The notes: generated by a model not told the origin, from the letters alone. A stretch of 64,000 nucleotides of DNA from Chloroflexota bacterium (GCA_963662335.2 CAXXVD010000003.1:320001-384000), one strand, 5' to 3'. Positions 12,494 through 22,420 are shown, counted from the stretch's first letter. Translations and numbers: made by a program.

Positions 12494-14164
12494 ATGTCCA
12501 CACCGCCAACCTACAAACCCCTCGAAATCGAGGTAACCGACTTCGGCCCCATCGCCCGGGCCAAACTCGACCTGCGCCCGCTCACCGTCTTCGTCGGCCC
12601 CAGCAACACGGGCAAATCCTACTTGGCGATGCTCATCTACGCGCTGCACCGGTTCTTCGGCGGGTACACGCCTAGCTTAGGGTCATTTGATAGAGTTGAA
12701 CCCTCTATTTTCCATCGCTATGTCGATATTTGGGGAAACGAGAATGGTCTTACAGAAGAAGGAAGTTCGGCTCTACTTGCTTGGATGAACCAACTGCATG
12801 ACTGCACACAAGGGCAGCCTTTTCCAGAGGACTTCCGCGCGCGAGTGCCGGAAGACGTTGCGGCGCTGCTCCGCCCTTTGCTAACGGCAATTGGCACGCT
12901 CGGTGAACATCTGAACGATGAAGTTGCGCGTTGCTTTGGCAGTGAGGTTACGGGAGGGCTAATCCGGCATGGTAGTAGTCGTGGCGCGCAGATAGTCCTG
13001 AAGCGATGCCTCTCGGAGGCGGAGGCGCCAGCAGAGCCGCTTGCGTTTACATTCGCAGTACAGGGAAGCAAGACTAAACTCAGCGCTTCCATTCCTGATG
13101 CCGCGCCCTTGCAGATATGGAGAGACGATGGCGACTCCCGGGACCGGCACGAAATAGAACAGTGGATTTCCCGCACGCAACAGTCAAGGGAGTACCAGGG
13201 ATATGCCGAGCAGTATACGAGACACGCTGCCCAGCTAGCGGATTCTCAACAGAGCGAACTTGCCGGACGCGCGGCAGAGGACATGCGGCAAATGGTGCGC
13301 AAACAAGCGCAGTCACGGCGAAACGAACTTGCTAGTCTCGTCAGCACCTCCTTCATTAGCCCGTTGCATCGCGTAGCATATTATCTCCCCGCAGACCGCG
13401 CCGCTCTGATGGATACGCGCAGCCTGATCGTGTCATCCTTGATTAGGCGATCGATGCGCACGGGTCTCAAGCGCGGTGAAGCCTTGCCGGCACTCACCGG
13501 TGTGCTCGCTGACTTTCTCGAGAAATTGGTTGTATTCGAAGACTATACTCAGAGAGACCAGAAAGACGGCTGGAATCTCGCCAGAATGCTTGAGATAGAA
13601 ATCCTAAAGGGGGAGTTGCGTGAGAATCGATCGGAAACCGGGCACACGACATTCACCTATCGGCCGGCGGGACGCACGGAGGAAGTCCCAATACTCCAAG
13701 CGTCTTCCATGGTCTCGGAAGTAGCACCAGTAATTCTATATCTGCGCCAAGTCATAAAGCCCGGTGACGTGCTGATCATTGAAGAACCCGAGGCGCACCT
13801 GCACCCGGCCATGCAGGCAGCGTTCACCCGGCAGCTTGCGGCGGTAGTGCGGGCCGGTGTGCGGGTAATGATTACGACGCACAGCGATTACGTGCTGGAG
13901 GAACTGGCCAACCTGGTACGCATGTCCGAACTGCCGGAAACGGAACAGGCGAGTTTACAGGGTGCAGAGTTTGCCCTACGCGAAGAAGACGTGGGCGTCT
14001 GGCTCTTTGAGCCGGGAGAGCCACCCAAGGGCTCCGTAGTGAAGGAGGTCATGTTGGATAAGGATGCAGGGCTTTACTCGGCAGGATACAGTGAAGTTTC
14101 CGAGGCGCTCTATAACATGTCGGTTGCGATTGACAACCGGATAGGAAAGAGCAGGCCCGATTGA
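12494..14164 (+). CDS. ABC-type ATPase, AAA_15/AAA_21-like
   Basis: DFGPI, Walker A GPSNTGKS, ASSMVSE signature, IIEEPEAHLHP, ITTHSDY. Confidence 0.85.
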   Translation: MSTPPTYKPLEIEVTDFGPIARAKLDLRPLTVFVGPSNTGKSYLAMLIYALHRFFGGYTPSLGSFDRVEPSIFHRYVDIWGNENGLTEEGSSALLAWMNQLHDCTQGQPFPEDFRARVPEDVAALLRPLLTAIGTLGEHLNDEVARCFGSEVTGGLIRHGSSRGAQIVLKRCLSEAEAPAEPLAFTFAVQGSKTKLSASIPDAAPLQIWRDDGDSRDRHEIEQWISRTQQSREYQGYAEQYTRHAAQLADSQQSELAGRAAEDMRQMVRKQAQSRRNELASLVSTSFISPLHRVAYYLPADRAALMDTRSLIVSSLIRRSMRTGLKRGEALPALTGVLADFLEKLVVFEDYTQRDQKDGWNLARMLEIEILKGELRENRSETGHTTFTYRPAGRTEEVPILQASSMVSEVAPVILYLRQVIKPGDVLIIEEPEAHLHPAMQAAFTRQLAAVVRAGVRVMITTHSDYVLEELANLVRMSELPETEQASLQGAEFALREEDVGVWLFEPGEPPKGSVVKEVMLDKDAGLYSAGYSEVSEALYNMSVAIDNRIGKSRPD

Positions 14165-14628
14165 TGAGTCTCGTTAGACTGGTAAAGCAGAATATCGACA
14201 GCGAATGTCTTGATACGAAGTGCAGCAAGGAGGGCTGCGCGCTAACCTTGAGCGGCCTCCAAGAACCGTTTCTATTGATAGATATGGATCATGAGAAGGC
14301 GCCCATGGGCAGACAGGGCGAGAAGAAGTGCGACTATATCTTCATTGGGGAAGTCGGCGCTTGGGTGTCCCCGCTGGAGTTGAAGCGTGGCAAGTTGAGA
14401 GCAAGCGAGGTTGTGCGCCAACTCCAAGCAGGCGCGGTGGTTGCCGAGCGTTTCGTGCCTCTTGCGGCAAAAACCGAGTTCTGTCCAATCGCAGCCTACG
14501 GCGGCGGCGCGCACCGCAACGAGATTACTGCTTTGCGCAATAGCTCAGTTAGATTCCGCAGCAAAGAAACCAGCATAGTATTGGTGCGGTGCAACACATC
14601 TTTGATGGGTGCCTTAGCCAAGGCTTGA
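14164..14628 (+). CDS. Small putative PD-(D/E)XK nuclease-fold protein coupled to the ATPase
   Basis: Start overlaps the ATPase stop (TGATG); motifs KCDYIF...ELKRG...QLQAG. Confidence 0.6.
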   Translation: MSLVRLVKQNIDSECLDTKCSKEGCALTLSGLQEPFLLIDMDHEKAPMGRQGEKKCDYIFIGEVGAWVSPLELKRGKLRASEVVRQLQAGAVVAERFVPLAAKTEFCPIAAYGGGAHRNEITALRNSSVRFRSKETSIVLVRCNTSLMGALAKA

Positions 14629-14639
14629 GGAGCCAATCC

Positions 14640-16574
14640 ATGTCGTTCTCTGACCTCTGGCAGACATACGGCCCCGTGGCGCGGTCGTCCCACTTCCGCA
14701 CCGTAGCCGCCACCGGCGTCTTCATGCTCGCGGCGTGGGTGGTCTGGCTTGCGGGTGTGGACGTGCCCTATCTTGCCGAGGGGTTGGCGCTGGCGGCGGT
14801 GGGGATTGGCGGCTTGGGCATCGTGTGGGGCGCGTTGCGGGGTTTGTGGCAGCGGCAGGTGAACGTGGACGAACTGGTGAGCATTGCCGTCATCGCCTCG
14901 GTGCTCGCCGGTGAGTATCTCTCCGCCGGTCTCGTGGTCTTCATGATGATCTTCGGCCAACTGCTGGAGGAAGCCACCAGCCAGCGGGCCACGGCGGCAT
15001 TGGAGCACCTGGCCGCGTTGCAACCGGAGCGCGCACACCGGGTGAACGGTGACGCTATTGAAGAAACCAACGTGAGCGACCTCAATCCCGGCGACACCGT
15101 GCTGGCGAAACCGGGCGAGCGCCTGCCGGTGGACGGCGAGGTGATTGCGGGCGCGGCGGCCGTGGACGAAACGTTGGTCACCGGCGAATCGCTCCCCGTG
15201 CCCAAAGCGCCCGGCAGCCGGGTATACGCGGGTACGCTGAACCAGGACGGCGCGCTCACCATCCGCACCGAGGCCGTGGGCGAACACGCCTACGTCGGCC
15301 AGATCGGGCGGCTCCTGGACGCGCTGGAAGAAGAACGCGCGCCAATCGTGCGCGTAGCGGACCGTTACGCCAAGTACTTTACCCCCGCCATCCTCATCAC
15401 TGCCCTCGCCACCTGGCTGATTTCCGGCAATCTGAGTTCCGCTTTGGCCGTGTTGATCATCGCCTGTCCGTGCGCGCTGGTGCTGGCCACGCCGACCGCC
15501 ATCGTCGCCGGGGTGGCCAACGCGGCGCGGCAGGGGATTCTCATCAAAGGCGGCGCGCGTTTCGAGGCCGCCGGCGCGGTGGATACGGTCGCGGTGGACA
15601 AGACCGGCACCCTCACCCGCGGCGCGCCCGTGGCGCAGCAGGTGATGCCGGCGGACGGGGTGCAGGCCGAGGACCTGCTTACCCTGGCGGCGGCGGCGGA
15701 ACGCTACTCCGAACACCCGCTCGGCAAGGCGCTGGTGGACTATGCGGCTGCAAAGGCGCTCGACCTGCCGCCGGCGGCGGACTTTCGCGCCTTTCCGGGC
15801 CGGGGCGTGGCGGCGCGCGTGGCGCAGCGGCACGTGCTGGTGGGCACTCGCGAACTGCTCCACCAGCAGGGTGTAACGGGCGTGCCGCCACAGGAGGCCG
15901 CTCCCGACGCGGGCAGCCTGATGCTGGTGGCAAGCGACGGCCGGTTTAGCGGCTGGATACAGTTCGGCGATACCGTGCGTCCCGGCGCGGCGCAGGCCGT
16001 GGAGCACCTCCACGCGCTCGGCATTCAGCAGGTGGTCATGCTCACCGGCGATCGGCAGCAGGAAGCGCAGCGCCTGGCAGACACCGTGGGCATAGACTCC
16101 TGGCGCGCGCGTCTGCTGCCGCAGCACAAGGTGGACTGGATACGCGGCGCGCGGGACGCGGGCAAGCGCGTGGCCATGGCCGGCGACGGGGTGAACGACG
16201 CCCCGGCCCTGGCGGCCGCCGACCTCGGCATCGTCATGGGCGGCACCGGCACCGCGGTCGCCGCGGAAACCGCCGACATCGCCCTCTTGCGCGGCGACAT
16301 CGGCCAACTGCCCACCGCGATTGCGATCAGCCAGATGACTCTGCGCGGCGTCAAGCAGAATCTGCTCTTCGCGCTGGTCTGGAACCTGGTCGGCATCGGT
16401 CTGGCGGCCACCGGCGTCCTCGGGCCCATCGCCGCCGCGCTGGCGCACAACCTCGGTTCGGTAGCGGTGGTGGTGAACGCCGCCCGCTACGTGGCCGCGC
16501 CCACCAAGCTACCTCCGCACGAGCACCAAGAGCGCACCGCCCAGCAGCCGGACGCCGTCTCCGATCCGGTCTAG
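14640..16574 (+). CDS. Heavy-metal translocating P1B-type ATPase
   Basis: TGES, CPC, DKTGT, SEHPL, GDGVNDAPALA; no N-terminal metal-binding domain. Confidence 0.93.
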   Translation: MSFSDLWQTYGPVARSSHFRTVAATGVFMLAAWVVWLAGVDVPYLAEGLALAAVGIGGLGIVWGALRGLWQRQVNVDELVSIAVIASVLAGEYLSAGLVVFMMIFGQLLEEATSQRATAALEHLAALQPERAHRVNGDAIEETNVSDLNPGDTVLAKPGERLPVDGEVIAGAAAVDETLVTGESLPVPKAPGSRVYAGTLNQDGALTIRTEAVGEHAYVGQIGRLLDALEEERAPIVRVADRYAKYFTPAILITALATWLISGNLSSALAVLIIACPCALVLATPTAIVAGVANAARQGILIKGGARFEAAGAVDTVAVDKTGTLTRGAPVAQQVMPADGVQAEDLLTLAAAAERYSEHPLGKALVDYAAAKALDLPPAADFRAFPGRGVAARVAQRHVLVGTRELLHQQGVTGVPPQEAAPDAGSLMLVASDGRFSGWIQFGDTVRPGAAQAVEHLHALGIQQVVMLTGDRQQEAQRLADTVGIDSWRARLLPQHKVDWIRGARDAGKRVAMAGDGVNDAPALAAADLGIVMGGTGTAVAAETADIALLRGDIGQLPTAIAISQMTLRGVKQNLLFALVWNLVGIGLAATGVLGPIAAALAHNLGSVAVVVNAARYVAAPTKLPPHEHQERTAQQPDAVSDPV

Positions 16575-16732
16575 GCCGCACTGCGAGCGGTGTGGCATTG
16601 GATTTACGCTGAGAATCCCCCAACGGTCACCCGGCCGCCTCCGGCAATTGAGTCAAGTGCCTTCCGGGGCGCTTGCTCTATAGCCTCTCCCATGGAGTAT
16701 GCGCACGATCCGCTTGTGCGGCAGCACCGTGC

Positions 16733-17281
16733 TCACCCTGAGATGAGGTGCACGCAAGGTAGAGATGCCATCCTGCGGTCAAGGGTGAGTGTATCCAGTC
16801 CGTGGTGCGCATAGTCATCGGCAATGAGGCGGTCGAAGAGGCCGGGGCCGGCCGTGGTTGAGAGCGCGTCCAGGACGGCGCGACCGTTCAGCGGAGCGAC
16901 CAGGCCACTGGTAAGGGCGTCCCGCAGGCCGGTGCGGGCCTCTTCTTCTGTCGCGCCGTAGTGGTAAGTGAGCGTAGCGTAGGCCTCGCCGATGGCCTGA
17001 TTCGAGGCGAAGACTTCACATTGCTGCTCCACGGCGAGCGCGCCAAGTTCCCTGAGAGCTTATTTGAAAAATGGCTTGAGTGATAAGATTCAGTCCTTCG
17101 ACAAGCTCTCGGATAACGACAGGTAGCTTGTAGAACCGTATTTTCGGCATTCTCTAGCGCTAGAAGTTACGCTATTCAGCATATTCAAATAGGCTCTGAG
17201 ACAGCGCTCGAAGTCCCTGCGAGGCTCTTTGGTGACCAACCTGACGAGTACGGACGTATCAATACCGAGTCGCTGGGCCAT
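16733..17281 (-). pseudogene. VapC/PIN-domain toxin gene disrupted by a MITE
   Basis: IDTSVLVRL N-terminus, E..ATL..HY, GLFDRLI, TLTLDRR; removing 17056-17199 restores ...ERCLRELGALAVEQ..., a 134-aa PIN protein. Confidence 0.85.
17056..17196. mobile_element. 141-bp MITE with IS5-family-like ends
   Basis: TIRs GAGCTTATTTGAA / TTCAAATAGGCTC (12 of 13 match); TGA duplicated at 17053-17055 and 17197-17199. Confidence 0.85.
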
Positions 17282-17549
17282 GCCCCTGCTCTCGTTGGTC
17301 CCGGAACTTGCGGATGTCCAGCGGCTCGACGTTCGGGTCGATCTTGTCCCGCAGCGTGCCCAACTTGGAGTAGTCGATGCGCTTGGGCTTTGGCGCAGGC
17401 GCAGCCGGGTCCTCGCGGCGCGGCTTGAGGGTGTAGCCGCCGTCGGGGCCTTCCAGCAACTCGAGCCGGTCGCCGGGCCCCACGCCCATGGCCTCCAGCA
17501 CGCGCTTGGGGAACGTAATCTGCCCCTTTGCGGTAATCTTGACCACCAT
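17259..17549 (-). CDS. AbrB/MazE/SpoVT-family antitoxin
   Basis: KITAKGQITFPKRVLEAMGVGPGDRLE; AAGGAGG RBS; overlaps the PIN gene start. Confidence 0.88.
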   Translation of the reverse strand: MVVKITAKGQITFPKRVLEAMGVGPGDRLELLEGPDGGYTLKPRREDPAAPAPKPKRIDYSKLGTLRDKIDPNVEPLDIRKFRDQREQGHGPATRY

Positions 17550-17618
17550 GAGATTCCTCCTTAACGCTAGGCTATCACGGGAAAAGCAGGGCCGCAATTG
17601 CGCCGGCAGTTGGCAGGG

Positions 17619-17855
17619 TCAGCGGCCCCACGAAGCCCGCTCTTCCTTAAGGTATTCGTCTACTTCTTGCGCGGTCTTGAATAGCCGGCGCCCCGGACCG
17701 CTATTCAGTATTTCTATGGCGGAACGCCTCTGTTTGCCTGAGTCGCACCGCACGACCACGTCTACCGTCTGCCCTTCCTCCAACTCTGGGCAGACTATCT
17801 CCACCTTGCCGCCCGGCAACACCGTTGTCCGCCGCTGGATTGTCTTCTGCATCAT
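17619..17855 (-). CDS. Small antitoxin-like protein (no toxin adjacent)
   Basis: TTVLPGGKVEIVCPELEEGQTVDVVV...EVDEYLKEERASW resembles proteins usually found before PIN genes; GGAGG RBS. Confidence 0.55.
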   Translation of the reverse strand: MMQKTIQRRTTVLPGGKVEIVCPELEEGQTVDVVVRCDSGKQRRSAIEILNSGPGRRLFKTAQEVDEYLKEERASWGR

Positions 17856-17881
17856 GGTCCTCCCTGTTCGCGGCGTGCTCG

Positions 17882-18268
17882 CTATCTTTGCCCCAACTGG
17901 GCCTTGAATTGGGCCGTATCCCAGTACTCCCGCCAGTGGGTGATTCTGCCGTTGGCGCAGGTGATGAAAACGCTGGCCGAAAGGCGGGCGGCATTGCCGG
18001 TCAGGCGGTGGCGGCAGGAGAACTCCCATTCGCAGGCGGCGGTGTCGCCCTGGGCAACCACGGCGCGCAGCGTGAGGCGGATCTGGGCAAAGGCGCTGAA
18101 GAAGGCCGTGAGCGACTGGCGGATGGCCGGCAGGCCGCTCAGCATCTGCCCGGACGCGCCGGTGAGGACGGCGTCCGGCGCAAAGTCTTGCAGGATGGCG
18201 TCGATATCCGCGGCGTTCCAGGCGGCGGTCTGGCGCTCCAGTATCTGCGCGGGTGTGGGCGTTGGCAC
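17882..18268 (-). CDS. SnoaL/NTF2-like protein
   Basis: AWNAADIDAI..FAPDA, GRITHWREYWDT. Confidence 0.8.
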   Translation of the reverse strand: MPTPTPAQILERQTAAWNAADIDAILQDFAPDAVLTGASGQMLSGLPAIRQSLTAFFSAFAQIRLTLRAVVAQGDTAACEWEFSCRHRLTGNAARLSASVFITCANGRITHWREYWDTAQFKAQLGQR

Positions 18269-18295
18269 TAGATGATAACTCCTAGTGGCCGCTGA

Positions 18296-19357
18296 TCATG
18301 CAGGAACGGTGTCGCGCGCCAGGTAGAGCAGCGCGAGCACGGCGATGCCCCACAGCGCCACGCTGGCCAGCAGCCACGGATCGCGGAAGATTAGGGTTTC
18401 CGGCGCGTCGCTGCCGCCGGGATTGCGCGCGGCGCGCAGGTAGCGCAGCAAGCCAAAGATGACGAACGGTGTGGTGACGATGAGGCGCGGGTTGCCAAAG
18501 GTGGCCGGCGCGAAGAGGGTGTAGACCACGTAGGCGGCAACGGTGGTTCCCGCCGCCAGGTTGAGCCAACGGTCCAGCGACGCAATCGAGTATCGCGCCA
18601 GATTGCGGCGGTGGGCGGCGGCGCGCGCGCCCAGCAACGCCAGTTCGCCCCGGCGCTTGCCCAAGATTATCAGAAGCGCCAGCAACAGCGTGCAGATGTA
18701 GAGCCACGGCGAGAGCGGCGTAAGGACGGCGGCGGTACCGGCGGCGGCGCGCAGCACGAAGCCGAGCGCGATCAAGGCCGCGTCCAGCAGCGCCACGTGC
18801 TTCAGCCAGGCGCTGTAGGCCAGGTTCAGACCCACGTAGAGCGTGAGAAGCGCGCCCAGGACGACCTGGAGCAGGAACGCGCCCGCCAGCGCGCCGCCAA
18901 GCAGAGCCGTGGCGGCGATAATCGCTACCGGCAACGGCAATGCGCCCGCGGCCAGCGGACGCTTGCGCTTGAGCGGGTGCGCGCGGTCGGCTTCTACGTC
19001 CAGCACGTCGTTTACCAGATAGATACCGCCGCTGGCGAGCACGAAGAGACCGAACGTGAGCACACTGGCGCGCACGGCGTCCAGGTCGGTGAGTTGCTGG
19101 GAAAAGATCATGCCGGCAAAGACCAGGACGTTCTTCACCCACTGCTGCGGACGAGTGGAGCGCAGCAGCGCATGGGCAATGGTCAATACGGAACCTGCGG
19201 CTGCCGCTTGCGGCGTGTCGGCCGGTGCGGGATGCTGAAGCGTCTCAGTGGAGGAATGCGGCGCAATGCGCTCAGCCGGCGCTGGGCCGTGCGCTTCCCG
19301 CTCACCGCCGCCGCGCCCGGCGCGACTCATGCCTCGCGCAGAGGTTTCACCGCTCAT
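18296..19357 (-). CDS. UbiA-family decaprenyl-phosphate phosphoribosyltransferase-like protein
   Basis: RPQQWVKN, YLVNDVLDVEADRAHPLKRKRPLAAG, LGKRRGEL. Confidence 0.88.
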   Translation of the reverse strand: MSGETSARGMSRAGRGGGEREAHGPAPAERIAPHSSTETLQHPAPADTPQAAAAGSVLTIAHALLRSTRPQQWVKNVLVFAGMIFSQQLTDLDAVRASVLTFGLFVLASGGIYLVNDVLDVEADRAHPLKRKRPLAAGALPLPVAIIAATALLGGALAGAFLLQVVLGALLTLYVGLNLAYSAWLKHVALLDAALIALGFVLRAAAGTAAVLTPLSPWLYICTLLLALLIILGKRRGELALLGARAAAHRRNLARYSIASLDRWLNLAAGTTVAAYVVYTLFAPATFGNPRLIVTTPFVIFGLLRYLRAARNPGGSDAPETLIFRDPWLLASVALWGIAVLALLYLARDTVPA

Positions 19358-19430
19358 GCTTGCTCCTCCACGGGCGGCGCTGCGCGTGACTTTGATGAGC
19401 GCGCGGCCTGAGGCTGAAGCGGTGAAGAAT

Positions 19431-19622
19431 CCCCCTCACCCTGGCCCTCTCCCCAGTTGGCAGGGGTATGTCTTCCGTAGCCGACTTCACGTGTCATTCC
19501 GAATGAAGCGCAGCGGGGTGAGGAATCTAGAGCGCAGCCTTGCAATATCAGCATCTTTAGATTCCTCGCTGCGCTCGGAATGACATATACATACCCCTGT
19601 CGGCCTCTCCCCAGGGAGAGGG
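19431..19622. repeat. Family A element (19492-19585) flanked by family E CCCTCACCC..CCCTCTCCC/GGGAGAGGG palindromes
   Basis: Inverted arms visible; overlaps the tilS stop. Confidence 0.75.
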
Positions 19623-21248
19623 AGTTACGCTCGTTTGGCTCTCACGCCAGGGAGAGGCGGTATTCTCGCCTGCTGGTTCGGGCTGCCCAAGGGATTCCGC
19701 GGCGAGTGTTTCCAGGCGCAGGTGGAGCGCCTGCCGCGTGTGCTCGGTAATGCGGTAGCGGGCGTCGATGCGGTGGCCGGCCACCCAGACGATGGCGCCT
19801 TGCGCGGTGACAACCAGCGGCACGCGGTCGCGTTGGCGCGCGGGCACGCGGGCATCCACCAGGAAGTCTTGCAGTTTCTTCGCCCCGGTCATGCCCAGGG
19901 GCGTGAAGCGGTCGCCGGGCCGGCGCGTGCGCACGCTGAGCGCGTCCGTCACCCGCGCGGCGTCCAGCCAGGCGTCCACGCCGGCGGTTCCGGCCTGGAA
20001 ATCGGCCTGGCCCGGTTCTACTATAGTAATGTCAATACTGCATCCCAGCGCCGCGACGGCGGTGCGGCCGGGTATGCGGAGTGGGACGGGCGCGAATGGC
20101 TCCCGCGGCGGGGCATAGCCAATCCAGATACCGTCGTGTTCGGCGCGGCAGAGCAGGCCGCCGGGGAGCGGAGCCGCCGCGCCGGTGCGGCCTTCCCGCA
20201 GCGCCGCGCGCGCGTTCGCAACGTGTGCGTATTCCAGCCCCTGCGTGTGCCCGGCGATGCGGGCGATAGCGCGGCGCAGCGCCGCCGTTTGCAGGGCCGG
20301 CTCCAGGGCGCGCCAGGCGGGGCCATCGAGCAACACACCGCCGTCGCATCTCTGGGCGTGGCGGCGCAGCCAGTCCTCCGCCGCGCCGGTGAGGTACGCG
20401 TGGTCTTCCGCCAGCACGTGGGCGGCCCGGGCCAGCGTGCGCGCCGCGGCCGGGTAGCGGGTCTCCAGCAGCGGCAGCGCCACGTGGCGCAGCCAGTTCC
20501 GCTGCGGCGCGGTGTCCGCGTTGCTGCTGTCTTCCCGAAACGCCAGGCCCCGGCGGGCGCAGTAGGCGCGTAGATCGGCGCGCGCGACGTCGAGCAGCGG
20601 CCGCGCCAGGGTGACGGCGGCTTCCGGCCGGGGGCGCGCCGGTCCGCGGCCGTTTTCATGCATTGCCGTAGGGCGCAAAGGTGGCTCCGTTTCAGCCGCC
20701 AGCGGCAAGGGACTCGCGTAGCCCATACCGGCCAGCCCGCCGAGGCCGCTCCCGCGCAGGAGGTGGAGCAGCACGGTCTCGGCCTGGTCGTCCTGGTGGT
20801 GGGCGAGGGCAATGAAGCGCGCACCCACCTCGCGGGCAATTGCCGCCAACGCCTGGTAGCGCAACCGCCGCGCGGAGTTCTCCGGTGAGGCGTGGTCCTG
20901 CTGCGCGCGCGCCGCGTCTACGGCACGCACCGTGCACGGCACACCCGCGCGCGCGGCGCAATGCGCCGCGAACCCGGCGTCCGCGTCGGATTCCGCGCCC
21001 CGCAGCCCGTGATTCACGTGGGCGACGTGCAGACGCCACCGCTTGCTCGGCGCAAGCTGCCGCAGCACGTCAAGCAAGGCCACCGAATCGGCCCCGCCGG
21101 ACACCGCCACCACGATGGCACTGCCGGCCGGCAACAAGCTGTGGGCCTCGATTGCCGCCGACACGGATTCCAGCAGCGGCTCACGCGGCGGCTCGCGCTT
21201 ACGCGCCGCGCTCAGGGTTGCTTCTGCAGTAGGCTCCGTATGCTCCAT
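19557..21248 (-). CDS. tilS: tRNA(Ile)-lysidine synthase
   Basis: AVSGGADSVALL, HVNHGLRG, AHHQDDQAETVL, EDSSN, RTRRPGDRF...KKLQDFLVDARVP. Confidence 0.93.
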   Translation of the reverse strand: MEHTEPTAEATLSAARKREPPREPLLESVSAAIEAHSLLPAGSAIVVAVSGGADSVALLDVLRQLAPSKRWRLHVAHVNHGLRGAESDADAGFAAHCAARAGVPCTVRAVDAARAQQDHASPENSARRLRYQALAAIAREVGARFIALAHHQDDQAETVLLHLLRGSGLGGLAGMGYASPLPLAAETEPPLRPTAMHENGRGPARPRPEAAVTLARPLLDVARADLRAYCARRGLAFREDSSNADTAPQRNWLRHVALPLLETRYPAAARTLARAAHVLAEDHAYLTGAAEDWLRRHAQRCDGGVLLDGPAWRALEPALQTAALRRAIARIAGHTQGLEYAHVANARAALREGRTGAAAPLPGGLLCRAEHDGIWIGYAPPREPFAPVPLRIPGRTAVAALGCSIDITIVEPGQADFQAGTAGVDAWLDAARVTDALSVRTRRPGDRFTPLGMTGAKKLQDFLVDARVPARQRDRVPLVVTAQGAIVWVAGHRIDARYRITEHTRQALHLRLETLAAESLGQPEPAGENTASPWRESQTSVTPSPWGEADRGMYMSFRAQRGI

Positions 21249-21439
21249 ACCGTCATGGTACCCCACGTGTGTTCGCCGTTCAGCTTCGCAAGCCGTGATG
21301 AGCAACCTTCTCGCAAATGCATTGCGCTGCGCAGACCCGTCCCGCGAACCTTGCGGCGCTCACCCGGGGATGTGCTCTGTGCGGCTGACCGCCCCGCAAA
21401 GACGGCCTCGGCATCACAAGCCGCACCGGGTCTCGTTCC

Positions 21440-22420
21440 TTAGAACGGTGCGGGCACGTCCAGGCGCTGCCCCAATTCCCGCAGCGCCTCAGCGTGTTCG
21501 GGGCCGACCGGCACGCCCTCGGTGCGCCATTGGCGCTCGCGCTTGGCCTCCATGCCGCCGCCGACTTCCACGTCGGACTGGTTCGTAATCGGCGCGAGTT
21601 GGCGCACCTGGCGGATGTAGTCGTCCACCTCGCGCTTGAACTCGTCCAGCGGCAGGTAGCGGCTGACGTCGTGGGCGGTCATGAACGCGCCCTGGTTCGC
21701 GCCGGGCCATTCCCGTTGGGCGCGTTCCGGCGCTGAGGGCACGCCGCAGAGGAACCCGCCGAGAATCTGGCAGAACGAGCCCAGGCCGATGCTGCGGTAG
21801 GCGGCGCTGGGCCCCAGCATCTCCAGCGCCTTGACGTGGGGTTCGCCGTCGTAGAGGTCGTGAATCGCGCCAAAGTCGACCACAATCGGCGGTTCTTCCC
21901 CGGCGGGCGCGGCAAAGCTCATGGGCGAGCCGCCGGCCGCGTGGCGGTGAGGCGCGCCGGGCCGCAAGTGCAGTTGCGCGCCGGAGGTCACGTAGGCCAC
22001 CAGATCGGCGCTGACGATCACCCGCGACCACAAGCCCGCCGCGCCAAAGTGCCCGTGATTGCGCGTAATCACGTTGGCCACGCCGTGCTCCTTGGCCTTC
22101 GCCACCGCCAGGTTGGCCGCCGCGAACGAGGGAAAGTAGCCCAGGCCGCCGTCGCCGTCCACCGTAGCCGTCACCGCACCCTCGCTTACCAACCGTACGT
22201 CGGGCGCGACGTTGAGTTCTTTCTGCTGGAAGTGGCGCACGTACGCCACCGTCTGGCGGGTGCCGTGGCTGAAGACGCCGCGCAGGTCGTTGGCCGTGAG
22301 CCAGCCGGCCATCTGCGCCGCGTGCTCGACGGACATGCCGACCGCCAGGAAGCAGTCTTTCACAAACGCTTCCAGCAAGGGTGATTGGACGCGAACGAAG
22401 GTCTCAGGCGGGGTGTTCAT
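21440..22420 (-). CDS. Ldh_2 family (malate/L-lactate/ureidoglycolate) dehydrogenase
   Basis: DLRGVFSHG, VDGDGGLG, NHGHFGAAG. Confidence 0.82.
   Translation of the reverse strand: MNTPPETFVRVQSPLLEAFVKDCFLAVGMSVEHAAQMAGWLTANDLRGVFSHGTRQTVAYVRHFQQKELNVAPDVRLVSEGAVTATVDGDGGLGYFPSFAAANLAVAKAKEHGVANVITRNHGHFGAAGLWSRVIVSADLVAYVTSGAQLHLRPGAPHRHAAGGSPMSFAAPAGEEPPIVVDFGAIHDLYDGEPHVKALEMLGPSAAYRSIGLGSFCQILGGFLCGVPSAPERAQREWPGANQGAFMTAHDVSRYLPLDEFKREVDDYIRQVRQLAPITNQSDVEVGGGMEAKRERQWRTEGVPVGPEHAEALRELGQRLDVPAPF

Noticed and set aside
14496-16448. Long antisense ORFs (this one, 29602-31182, 32529-34010, 55075-56688, 62572-63849 and others)
   Set aside because: Shadows of real genes caused by high-GC codon bias; no recognisable motifs.
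17090-17092. Selenocysteine or read-through of the TGA in the PIN gene
   Set aside because: A second in-frame stop (TAA) follows within the MITE.
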